From assembly GCA_038213805.1 (NCBI GenBank), contig JBBQSO010000088.1, forward strand, positions 1-21,079: a stretch of DNA of 21,079 nt. Reading direction: 5' to 3'. The notes under the pieces were generated by a model. That model was given only the letters and a program-made list of their open reading frames with translations. It was not told the DNA's origin and did not search any database. The position numbers were made by a program, and so were the translations under genes. Shown here piece by piece: positions 11,202-19,139 of this stretch (positions are counted from its first letter, which is position 1; every line of letters begins with the position of its first letter). The stretch comes from Planctomycetota bacterium (GTDB taxonomy: Bacteria > Planctomycetota > UBA11346).

Positions 11202-12386
11202 ATGCCGCCCATGCCCATCGACCCCCTCCTGCTTGTCCCTGGCACCCTTGAAACCCACGGCCTGCGCCGGCTCGTCGCGGCCGGCATGGTCACCGCTGAA
11301 GGCGGCATCCGCCCGGAACAGGTCCAGCCCGCCAGCCTCGACCTCACGCTCAGCGCTGAGGCCTACCGCATGCCAGGCTCGATCCTGCCGCTGGCGGGAC
11401 GCGGCGACGTGGCCGGGGAACGGGTGCGCGACTTGGTCACCAGTCTGGCCCTTGAGCGCGTCGACCTCGCCCAGCCCACCTGCCTGGGTCGCGACCAGGT
11501 CTACTTTGTCCGCCTCAACGAGCGCCTCGACCTGCCGGCCGGGCTGGAGGCCTATGCCAACGGCAAGAGCAGCACCGGCCGCGTCGACCTCGCGACGCGC
11601 GTGCTCGCCGACGGCAGCCCGCGCTACGACCGCGTACCCGCCGGCTACCGCGGCGAGCTGTGGCTGGAACTCATCCCGCGCAGCTTCAACATCGTCGCCC
11701 AGTCCGGGGTGAGCCTCAACCAGGCGATCTTCTTCGCCGAGCGCCTGGTCCTGGGCCAGGCCGACCTCGCCGCGCACCACGCGCGCGCGCCGCTGCTGTT
11801 CGAGCCGGACGGCACCCCGAGCGCCCCCAACAGCCTCTTCGACGGGCGCTTGGTGATGACCGCCGACCTCGATCGCGAGGTGGTCGGCTGGGTGGCCAAG
11901 CGTACCCACCACCCGCTGGTGCTGGCGAAGCTCGGCGCGCACCGGCCCGAGCATTTCTTCGCGCCGTTGTCACGCCCCGATTCCGGCTTCCTGTGCCTGG
12001 AGCAGGACCACTTTTACATCCTCGCCACGCGTGAGCGCGTCGCCGTGCCCGCCGAGCTGGCCTGCGAGATGGTGCCCTTCGATCCCACCGCCGGCGAATT
12101 CCGCGCACACTACGCCGGCTTCTTCGACCCCGGCTGGGGCATCCTCAACGGTCAGACGCGCGGCGCGCCCGCGGTGCTCGAGGTGCGCCCGCACCAGGAC
12201 GACATCATCCTGCGCCACGGCCAGCCGATCTGCGCGATGGCCTACGAGATCCTGCAGCAGCCCTGCGCGCAGCTGTATGGCGCCTGCGGCAACAACTACG
12301 CGATGCAGGAGGGTCCGCGGCTGTCGAAGCACTTTGTCCAGGAGTCCGGAAGTCCGGAAGTCCGGAAGTCCGGAAGTCTTCAGTAA
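11202..12386 (+). CDS. dcd: 2'-deoxycytidine 5'-triphosphate deaminase (long, two-domain DCD type); start may be 11211
   Basis: Motifs QVQPASLDLTLS, ANGKSSTGRVDL, GEFRAHYAGFFDPGWG, AVLEVRPH, ILRHGQ and the near-terminal LSKHF. Confidence 0.88.
   Translation: MPPMPIDPLLLVPGTLETHGLRRLVAAGMVTAEGGIRPEQVQPASLDLTLSAEAYRMPGSILPLAGRGDVAGERVRDLVTSLALERVDLAQPTCLGRDQVYFVRLNERLDLPAGLEAYANGKSSTGRVDLATRVLADGSPRYDRVPAGYRGELWLELIPRSFNIVAQSGVSLNQAIFFAERLVLGQADLAAHHARAPLLFEPDGTPSAPNSLFDGRLVMTADLDREVVGWVAKRTHHPLVLAKLGAHRPEHFFAPLSRPDSGFLCLEQDHFYILATRERVAVPAELACEMVPFDPTAGEFRAHYAGFFDPGWGILNGQTRGAPAVLEVRPHQDDIILRHGQPICAMAYEILQQPCAQLYGACGNNYAMQEGPRLSKHFVQESGSPEVRKSGSLQ
12343..12378 (+). repeat. 8-bp tandem repeat (AGTCCGGA) x4.5, left arm of a long inverted repeat
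   Basis: agtccgga x4 + agtc, lying within the last codons of dcd. Confidence 0.95.
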
Positions 12387-12495
12387 ACGCGTCTTGTTCG
12401 TTTCCCTGCGCACGTCGCAGACCTCACCGTCCTCCCATGCAAACCACATGATGGCGGTTCGGAAAATCCGCCCGCCAACACCAACGTATGTCGTC

Positions 12496-12530
12496 GACTT
12501 CCGGACTTCCGGACCTCCGGACCTCCAGAC
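12496..12530 (-). repeat. 8-bp tandem repeat (GACTTCCG/GACCTCCG) x4.4, right arm and reverse complement of 12344-12378
   Basis: gacttccg gacttccg gacctccg gacctcca gac; 32 of 35 positions are complementary to 12344-12378. Begins 4 bp after the stop of the PilS-like gene. Confidence 0.93.
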
Positions 12531-12533
12531 CCC

Positions 12534-14201
12534 CTATCTCGCCCCCAGCGCCCGCTTGAACACCCGCGTCTGGGTGTGCACCGGCAGGTAGATCAGCACG
12601 GTGGTGCCCTGGCCCTGCTCGCTGGTCAGGTGCAGGGCGCCCTCGTGCTCGCGCACGATGCGCTGGACCAGGCTCAGGCCCAGGCCGGTGCCCTGGCTCT
12701 TGGTGCTGAAGAAGGGCGTGAAGATGCGCGTCTGGATGTCCTTGGGGATGCCGCAGCCGTTGTCCGTGACCGCGATCTCGACGGCGGAGACGCGCAGCGG
12801 GCAGTCCGCGCCGACGCTGCGCGCCACGCACGACAGGCACGGCACCGGCGCCTGGCGCAGCGCGTCAAGGGCGTTGTTGAGCAGATTGCCGAGCACCTGG
12901 CGGATCTGCCCGGGATCGGCGAGCAGCGCCGTGCAGTCGTCGCCGACGCGGAACAGCAGCTTGAGCCCATCTGGCAGGTCGCCGCGGCTGCGGCATAGGG
13001 TCTCGAGCTCGGTGAACAGCGGGGCGAGTTCGACGCTCTCGCGCAGTGGCGTGCGCAGCCGCGACAGCGACAGGAAGTCCTCGACGATGCGCGCCAGGCG
13101 GTCGGCCTCACTGACCAGGATGCGCGCCAGCGCCTCGGCATCGCGCTGGCCGCCCTCGGCAGAGATCTCGGCGAGTTCCTGCGCGCACCCGCGCAGGCTG
13201 GTGAGCGGGTTGCGCACCTCGTGGGCGATGCCGGCGGCCATCTCGCCGAGCGCGAGCAGGTGCTCGGCGCGGTGCGCGCTGTCCTCGAGGATCTTCAGCC
13301 GGGTCTCGTCGGCGATCAGCAGGGTGCGGCCGATCGGCACGCCGCGGCGGTCGAGCAGCTGGGTGACGCGCAGCACCAGCAGGCGGCCCTGCGGACCGGG
13401 AACGCGCTCCAGCGCCGGGCACTCGCCCTGTTCGAGCAGCGCGAGGATCGGACGCAGGGTGTCGTCGCCGAGCAGCGCCGAGACCTGGAGGCCCTGCACC
13501 GGCCCACCCAGGCGCAGCAGGCGCACCGCCTCGGCGTTGGCGTAGGCGATCACCCCCTGGTGGTCGATGGCGAGCACGCCCTCGCCGAGCTGGTCGAGCA
13601 GCTCGCCGGTGAAGATGCGCTGCTCGTGCAGGCGGCGGCCGAGCAGCTGGCCGAGCAGGTCGACCAGGAACAACGCCGCGATCTGGGTGATCAGCGAGCC
13701 GATCACGCGCTGGCCATCGACCAGCGCAGGGTTGAGCGCCAGGAAGGCCTCTCCGAAGGGCGCGTGGCCGGTGAGATAGAGCGCGGCGCTGCCAGCGAGC
13801 AGCGCGCTGCCCACCGCCGGCAGCGCAAAGGGCGCCGCGCGCGGCAGGGCCAGGGTGCCGACCAGCACGATGATCGGCGGCAGCAGCACGCCCGGCGAGC
13901 CGACGCCGCCGCTGAAGTGGATGATCAGGGCGGTCCAGGCGAGGTCGAAGCCCAGCAGCACGCCGAGCTGCCAGCGGTGGCGCACCAACCAACCGGCTCC
14001 AAGCAGCGGCAAGGCGATCGCGGTGACGGTGATCAGCACGCCGCGCAGCCAGCCCGCCGCCGGTTCGACCAGTTCGGGGCGCACGGTGCCAGTCAGGATG
14101 ACCAGCACGCCGAGGCCGAGCGAGAGCAGCAGGATGCGCACCAGCCCGACCTGGCGGGCCTGGGTGCGGAAGCCGGGGCTGCGCTGCACGCGGTCGGGCA
14201 C
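12534..14201 (-). CDS. PilS/NtrB-like membrane sensor histidine kinase (multi-TM, PAS, HisKA, HATPase_c)
   Basis: GTG at 14201 follows GAGGAGG (14212-14218); the ORF-track extension to 14762 overlaps pilC. About 6 TM helices with HFSGGVGSP, a PAS domain, H-box LGEMAAGIAHEVRNPL, QVLGNLLNNALDA and IFTPFFSTKSQGTGLGL. Lies directly after pilC, as pilS does in deltaproteobacterial pil clusters. Confidence 0.88.
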   Translation of the reverse strand: MPDRVQRSPGFRTQARQVGLVRILLLSLGLGVLVILTGTVRPELVEPAAGWLRGVLITVTAIALPLLGAGWLVRHRWQLGVLLGFDLAWTALIIHFSGGVGSPGVLLPPIIVLVGTLALPRAAPFALPAVGSALLAGSAALYLTGHAPFGEAFLALNPALVDGQRVIGSLITQIAALFLVDLLGQLLGRRLHEQRIFTGELLDQLGEGVLAIDHQGVIAYANAEAVRLLRLGGPVQGLQVSALLGDDTLRPILALLEQGECPALERVPGPQGRLLVLRVTQLLDRRGVPIGRTLLIADETRLKILEDSAHRAEHLLALGEMAAGIAHEVRNPLTSLRGCAQELAEISAEGGQRDAEALARILVSEADRLARIVEDFLSLSRLRTPLRESVELAPLFTELETLCRSRGDLPDGLKLLFRVGDDCTALLADPGQIRQVLGNLLNNALDALRQAPVPCLSCVARSVGADCPLRVSAVEIAVTDNGCGIPKDIQTRIFTPFFSTKSQGTGLGLSLVQRIVREHEGALHLTSEQGQGTTVLIYLPVHTQTRVFKRALGAR

Positions 14202-14239
14202 GGACGGGGAGCCTCCTCGACGGGACGGGCCGGGTGCGC

Positions 14240-15487
14240 TCAGCTGTTGCCGCGCACCGCGCTCTGCAGCTGCAGGATCGGGTAGAAGATCGCGAGCACG
14301 ATCAGGCCGACCACCGCGCCCATGACCATCAGCATGATCGGCTCGATCAGGCTGGTCAGGGCCTTGACCGTGGCGTGCACCTGCTCGTCGTAGAAGTCGG
14401 CGATCTTGCCGAGCAGCTGCTCGAGCGCGCCGGACTTCTCGCCGATGCCGATCATCTTGACCACCATCGGCGGGAACACCCACGAGGTCGCCAGGTGCGT
14501 GCTCAGGCTCTCGCCCTTGCGCACGGTCTCGCGGGTCTCGAGCAGGGTCTCTTCGATGACCACGTTGCCGGCGGTGGTGGCGACGATCTCGAGCGCTCCG
14601 AGCAGCGGCACGCCCGAGCTGAGCAGGGTACCGAAGGTGCGCGCGAAGCGGCTGATCGCGACCTTCTGGAAGAGCGGCCCGAACACCGGCACCTTCAGCC
14701 ACAGGGTATCGCGGATGCGCTGCGCCGGGCGCGTGCGCAGCGCCAGCTTCAACCCGATCCACCCGGCGATACCCACGCCGATCAGCGTCGGCACGTTGGA
14801 GGTGAGCCAGTCCGACACCGCCAGCACGCCCTTGGTGACCGCCGGCAGTTCGCCGTGCAGCGCGTCGAACATGGTCTTGAATTTCGGCACCACGCCGATC
14901 AGCAGGTAGCCGGTGATGCCCAGGATCATCACCAGCGAGATCACCGGGTAGGTCATCGCCGATTTGATCTCGCGCTTCAGCGACTCGCTGGCTTCGAGGA
15001 ACTCGGCGAGGCGGTTGAGGATGATGTCGAGCTGGCCCGAAGCTTCACCGGCCTTGACCATGTTCACGTAGATCTCGGGGAACATGCCGCGGAAGCGGCC
15101 CATGGCCTCCGACATCTCGGTGCCGCCACGCACCAAGTCGGCACACTCTTGCAGGCCCTCGCCGAAGCCCTTGTTGGAGTCACGGGTCTGCTCGGCGAGG
15201 ATCTCGAAAGATTCCAGCAGCGGGATGCCGGCGCCGATCATGGTCGCAAGCTGGCGGGTGAACAGGCAGAGCTCGCCGGTGTTGCACTTGCGTGCGGCCT
15301 TGGTCGAGAACATCGAGAGGTTGATGCCGCCGCTTTTTGGGACGGCCTTGTCGAGCTTGACCACCGAGAGCTGCTGCTGACGGAGGCGACCGGTGGCTTC
15401 CGCCTCGGTCTCGGCCTCCATGGTGCCCTTGTGCTCGCGCCCGCTGGGGTCGCGGGCGACGTAGGCGAATTTGAGTTTGGTGGCCAC
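14240..15487 (-). CDS. pilC: Type IV pilus / T2SS inner-membrane platform protein (PilC/GspF family)
   Basis: FTRQLATMIGAGIPLL, YVNMVKAGEASGQLD, IKSAMTYP, RFARTFGTLLSSGVPLL, GEKSGALE and LTSLIEP; GTG start after GGAGGA. Confidence 0.93.
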   Translation of the reverse strand: MATKLKFAYVARDPSGREHKGTMEAETEAEATGRLRQQQLSVVKLDKAVPKSGGINLSMFSTKAARKCNTGELCLFTRQLATMIGAGIPLLESFEILAEQTRDSNKGFGEGLQECADLVRGGTEMSEAMGRFRGMFPEIYVNMVKAGEASGQLDIILNRLAEFLEASESLKREIKSAMTYPVISLVMILGITGYLLIGVVPKFKTMFDALHGELPAVTKGVLAVSDWLTSNVPTLIGVGIAGWIGLKLALRTRPAQRIRDTLWLKVPVFGPLFQKVAISRFARTFGTLLSSGVPLLGALEIVATTAGNVVIEETLLETRETVRKGESLSTHLATSWVFPPMVVKMIGIGEKSGALEQLLGKIADFYDEQVHATVKALTSLIEPIMLMVMGAVVGLIVLAIFYPILQLQSAVRGNS

Positions 15488-15559
15488 GTATCGTTCCTCC
15501 GGTCGCTGGCTAGTGTACCCCAGGATCGGGGGTTGGAGGGGACTTCGGCCTGCGGCCGG

Positions 15560-15584
15560 GGCTGATGGCTGATGGCTGATGGCT
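15560..15584 (+). repeat. 7-bp tandem repeat (GGCTGAT) x3.6, one arm of a 25-bp perfect inverted repeat
   Basis: ggctgat ggctgat ggctgat ggct. Confidence 0.95.
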
Positions 15585-15641
15585 TAGTAGGCAGGTGTCG
15601 GTCGGCTTCGGCCAAGGACGGACCTCCAGCGGTACGCCAGC

Positions 15642-15673
15642 GCCATCAGCCATCAGCCATCAGCCATCAGCCA
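15642..15673 (+). repeat. 7-bp tandem repeat (GCCATCA) x4.6, partner arm of the inverted repeat
   Basis: gccatca x4 + gcca; 15648-15672 is the exact reverse complement of 15560-15584. Confidence 0.95.
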
Positions 15674-15686
15674 GGTGCCGCAGCCC

Positions 15687-16055
15687 CTACTTCTTCTCGT
15701 CGTCCTTGATCGCCGCCTCGCGCGCCCGGCTGTCGACGATCGAGGTGATGCGCACGCCGAAGTTCTCATCGACCACGACCACCTCGCCCTTCGCGAGCAG
15801 CTTGCCATTGACCACGATGTCGAGCGGTTCGCCGGCCAGGCGATCGAGTTCGATGACCTTACCCGGGGTCAGCTCGAGGATGTCCTGGATGACCATATCG
15901 GTGCGGCCCAGCTCGACGGTCAGGGAAACGTGGATGTCCCGGACCAGCTCGAGGTTGCCGTGCGCGGGCGCGACCTTGCCGGCCCCGGCCAGATCAGGGA
16001 ACTCGGCCTTCTTTACTTCGCTTTCGGCGCTGGTGGATGCGGTGCTCTCAGCCAT
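15687..16055 (-). CDS. fliN: Flagellar motor switch protein FliN
   Basis: ATG at 16055; [54 protein letters not shown]. Confidence 0.95.
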   Translation of the reverse strand: MAESTASTSAESEVKKAEFPDLAGAGKVAPAHGNLELVRDIHVSLTVELGRTDMVIQDILELTPGKVIELDRLAGEPLDIVVNGKLLAKGEVVVVDENFGVRITSIVDSRAREAAIKDDEKK

Positions 16056-16097
16056 GGAAGAATCCTCTCGTGCCGGGACGGGTCCGGGTGGGCGCAC

Positions 16098-17093
16098 TCA
16101 TTCGCGGTCCTTGACGGTCTTGCCGGGAGGCAGCACGCGTTCGATCAGGAAGCCGGCCTTCTTACCGATGCGCCCGGGCCGCCCAAGCAGGCGCTCCTGT
16201 CCGGCGATCTGGCCAGTCAGCTGGGCGTCGGCGCGGGTGTCGAGCACCAGCACGTCGCCAAGCTGCAGGTCCATGACCTCGCCGACGCTCAGGGTCGTGC
16301 CGCCGAGGGTGGCGCGCACCTCAAGCGTCGAATGCTTGACCACGCGGTCGAGGTGGCGGCGCTGGGCGGTGGTCTGCTCGCGCTTCATCGCCGCGAAGCT
16401 GAACTGGCTGCCGAGCTGACCGACCACGCCCTCAAGGCTGATGAACGGGATGCAGAAGCACATCTCCCCGGGTTCGAGCTCGCCCGGCGCGGTCAGGCTG
16501 AAGGTCGCAACCAGCACCATCTCACTGCTCGGGATGACCTGCACGAACTGCGGATCCATCTCGGTGGATTCGACGATCGGCGTGAAGGTGACCAGGTCCT
16601 TCCAGCCGGCCTGGACCTGCTCCAGGAAGCGGCGGATGACGTTCTCGATGAGGCTCGATTCGATGGTGGTGAGCGGACGCACGCGCTCGAGCGACTTGCC
16701 GGGTCCGCCCAGCATGCGGTCGATCAGGCTGAAGGCGAGCTTCATGTCCATGGTCGCGATGGCGTGCTCGTGGAACGGCGCCATCGACAACACGTCGATC
16801 ACCGTCGGGCTGGGCAGGCTGTTGCGGAAGACCTCGAAGGTCAGCTCGCCGAGGCTGATGATGTTGGCCTCGAGGTTGACGCGCAGGTAGGTCGACAGCG
16901 CCATGGTGACGTTTTGCGCAATGCCCTCGTGCATGCGCTGCAGGGCGCGCAGCTGCTCGCCCGAAAGCTTGTTCGGGCGCACGAAATCGTATTGGCTGAT
17001 CTGCTTTTCGCGCTTGCCCTTGCCAGCACCCGTCTCATCGACGTTGGTGATCAGCGACTCGAGTTCGTCGGCGGAGAGGATCTCATTGGCCAT
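16098..17093 (-). CDS. fliM: Flagellar motor switch protein FliM
   Basis: CheY-binding N-peptide EILSADELESL, YDFVRPNKLSGEQLRAL, IDRMLGG, RPLTTIE and a C-terminal SpoA domain. Confidence 0.95.
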   Translation of the reverse strand: MANEILSADELESLITNVDETGAGKGKREKQISQYDFVRPNKLSGEQLRALQRMHEGIAQNVTMALSTYLRVNLEANIISLGELTFEVFRNSLPSPTVIDVLSMAPFHEHAIATMDMKLAFSLIDRMLGGPGKSLERVRPLTTIESSLIENVIRRFLEQVQAGWKDLVTFTPIVESTEMDPQFVQVIPSSEMVLVATFSLTAPGELEPGEMCFCIPFISLEGVVGQLGSQFSFAAMKREQTTAQRRHLDRVVKHSTLEVRATLGGTTLSVGEVMDLQLGDVLVLDTRADAQLTGQIAGQERLLGRPGRIGKKAGFLIERVLPPGKTVKDRE

Positions 17094-17102
17094 GACGCGC
17101 GC

Positions 17103-17774
17103 TCACTGGATCAGGAGGTTGGTGAGCACGACGCGCTGGACGACATGCTTGTCGGGAGCGAGCTCGGGGTGGACCTCGTGCAGCGTCTTCTCGATCTGGT
17201 CCTGGAAGCCCTTGCGCAGCAGCAGATGGATGTTCGGGCCGGTCAGCTCCTCCATGTCGTAGCTCTTGAGGTGCTCCTCCAGCCCCATCTGCAGGACGCG
17301 CTTGGCGTCCGGCCCACCGCCGCCGCCGCCATGCTCGCCGCCGGCCGCGGCCAAGCCGAGCTTCGCCTCGTCCTCGTGCGAGGTCCAGAACGAGCACGAG
17401 ACCTTGACGTAGCGGCGGCCCTGCTGGTTGCGCACGTTGCTCATGATGTCGGGCATCACCACCTCGGCGGAGTGCTCGATGCCCTCGCCCTTGTGCTCAT
17501 CCTTGCCGGCCCCCTTCTCGCCTTCCTTGTCAGCGCCTTCGCCGAGCGCCTTGCCGTCGGTCGCCCCGGCCTTCTTCACCGTGGTGACCAGGCCGCTGAG
17601 GTAGAAGCCGAGCCCGCCACCGAGCGCAAGCAGCAGCACCGCGGCGGCGAGCGGACCCATCATGCCGCCGCCCTTCTTGGCCGACTTGGCGACGGCCGCG
17701 GCGCCGGCCTTGGAGCCGTCCTTGGGGGCGCCGTCCTTGACCGCGCCCTTGTCTTTCACCGCTGCATCGCTCAT
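17103..17774 (-). CDS. fliL: Flagellar basal body-associated protein FliL
   Basis: Lys-rich N-terminus, single TM ending GGGLGFYL, SNVRNQQGRRYVKVS and the terminal VQRVVLTNLLIQ; directly upstream of fliM. Confidence 0.82.
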   Translation of the reverse strand: MSDAAVKDKGAVKDGAPKDGSKAGAAAVAKSAKKGGGMMGPLAAAVLLLALGGGLGFYLSGLVTTVKKAGATDGKALGEGADKEGEKGAGKDEHKGEGIEHSAEVVMPDIMSNVRNQQGRRYVKVSCSFWTSHEDEAKLGLAAAGGEHGGGGGGPDAKRVLQMGLEEHLKSYDMEELTGPNIHLLLRKGFQDQIEKTLHEVHPELAPDKHVVQRVVLTNLLIQ

Positions 17775-17853
17775 GACCGGGTCCTCCGCTGCATGGCGTC
17801 ACCGCCCCCACGGACTGGTCGACGACGGGGCCGACCGTGGAGCCATGCCAGAC

Positions 17854-17862
17854 ATGATACCA
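17854..17862 (-). promoter_or_regulatory. Candidate extended -10 element (TGGTATCAT) upstream of fliL
   Basis: Lies in the 178-bp flbD-fliL gap, about 80 nt upstream of the fliL ATG; identical to 11003-11011. Confidence 0.4.
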
Positions 17863-17952
17863 CCGGCGCGATCCCCCCGCCGCTGCAAAGCGGTCGGGTC
17901 GCACGGGGGGCCCGCACGCCTGCATCATTTGCACCGGAATCGCGCGCGTCCT

Positions 17953-18156
17953 TCACGTGCCTTCCCCCTCCTGGCCCTGCACCATGCCGCGCCACCAGGC
18001 GCGCGTGCGCACCATGACCTCGTCCGGGCGCTCGCGCACGTAGACCATGCGGCCGCTGGCGAGGGTGATGCGGGTCTCGGGGATGGCGTCCAACGCCTCG
18101 ATCTGGAAGACGTTGAGGTGCAGGATCTCGCCATTGAGGCGGGTGAGGGCGATCAT
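17953..18156 (-). CDS. flbD: Flagellar FlbD (SwrD) family protein
   Basis: MIALTRLNGEILHLNVFQIEALDAIPETRITLASG...VRERPDEV matches the FlbD pattern; 67 aa; ATGA overlap with the upstream gene. Confidence 0.9.
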   Translation of the reverse strand: MIALTRLNGEILHLNVFQIEALDAIPETRITLASGRMVYVRERPDEVMVRTRAWWRGMVQGQEGEGT

Positions 18157-19139
18157 TGCGCGGCCTTGCCGTCCGCCGGCGCGTCCTGCTCAAGCAGGTG
18201 GCGGATCTGCAGCTCGCGCTTGCTGTCCGCCAGGCGCAGGCCCTCGAGGATCTCGGCGCGCTTCTTCACCTGGCCGGCCACGGCCATCGCCTTGAGGGTG
18301 TCGGCGACCTCCTGGTCGGGCGCCTCCTTCAGGAAAGGCAGGACCTGCTCGGTGGGCATGAAGGCGTAGAGCTGGGCGAGGCGCGCGAGCTGGTCGCTGG
18401 AGCTGCGTTCGAGGTCCTGGTGGAGCATCTCCTTGTGGATCGCCATGGCGATCCCCGGCAGCTCGGGATCCTGCTGGGCGAGGATGAGTATGCGCGCCGC
18501 CTTCTTGTCGTCCATGAACGCCAGGTAGCGCGCGATCTCGCGCGGGTCGAAGCGGCGCAGACTCTGCCAGGCGGCGTCCTTCATCGCCTCGAAGAGCCTG
18601 GCCTGGTCCTTGTAGCGCGCCTTCTCGACCGCGCCGAGCACGTCGAGACGGGCCTTCTCGGCGACCTGCACCGCGGCCCAGCGCGCATGTTCGTCCTGCT
18701 CCTGCTTGAGGCGCTCGCGCAGCTGCTGGTCCTGGGTCTGAAGCTGGCGCTGCAGGCGCTCGCCGCCGCTTTTGGCGAGCTGCAGGTCGGCATACTGCTG
18801 GTCGATCCAGGCCTGGCGCTCGTCCAACGCCTCCTGCTGACGCTTGAGCTTGGCGATGAGCTGGTTGGCGTAGGCGGCATTGGCCATCTCGCTGATGTGG
18901 CCGAGCATCTCCTGCTCGTTCGCCGGCGGCTGGTGCTGCACCGGCGGCGCCTCGGGGACGCGCTCGCGCATCTTCGCCAGCCAGATCTTCTCCTCGTCGC
19001 TGAGCACGAGGTCGCGCAGCACCTTGGGGTCGAACGCCCCGCCGCTCTTCATGCGCATGATCACGGTGACGCCGGCGGCGACCAGGATCAGGCACAGCGC
19101 CGCCAACCCGGCGACCAGGGTCTTGAGGAATCCGTTCAT
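18153..19139 (-). CDS. MotE/YlxF/FlbB-like flagellar protein (TM anchor, coiled coil, MgtE_N-like helical repeats)
   Basis: N-terminal TM, long Q/E/R coiled coil, then LFEAMK...REIARYLAFMDDKKAARIL. Position after fliJ matches ylxF/motE. Confidence 0.7.
   Translation of the reverse strand: MNGFLKTLVAGLAALCLILVAAGVTVIMRMKSGGAFDPKVLRDLVLSDEEKIWLAKMRERVPEAPPVQHQPPANEQEMLGHISEMANAAYANQLIAKLKRQQEALDERQAWIDQQYADLQLAKSGGERLQRQLQTQDQQLRERLKQEQDEHARWAAVQVAEKARLDVLGAVEKARYKDQARLFEAMKDAAWQSLRRFDPREIARYLAFMDDKKAARILILAQQDPELPGIAMAIHKEMLHQDLERSSSDQLARLAQLYAFMPTEQVLPFLKEAPDQEVADTLKAMAVAGQVKKRAEILEGLRLADSKRELQIRHLLEQDAPADGKAAQ

Noticed and set aside
12379..12495. Possible small ORF or gene remnant in the spacer of the octamer hairpin
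   Set aside because: No RBS-supported ORF or recognisable protein motif in either orientation.
14202..14762. N-terminal extension of the 742-aa kinase ORF
   Set aside because: Overlaps pilC in another frame and is Arg/Ala-rich. A strong RBS supports the GTG at 14201.
12343..15673. Repeat arrays considered as CRISPR arrays
   Set aside because: Units are 7-8 bp with no spacers between copies, and there are no cas genes in the window.
17775..17952. Possible c-di-GMP riboswitch or sigma-54 promoter upstream of fliL
   Set aside because: No GEMM-type GCAAA..GAAA/GACGCAAAGC pattern and no correctly spaced TGGCAC-N5-TTGC could be found by eye.
15675..18017. 780-aa + strand ORF, and similar long antisense ORFs (7344-8951, 14234-15565, 18156-19367, 1120-2250, 5544-6950)
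   Set aside because: Shadow frames opposite well-supported genes. High GC suppresses stop codons, and the translations carry no recognisable motifs.
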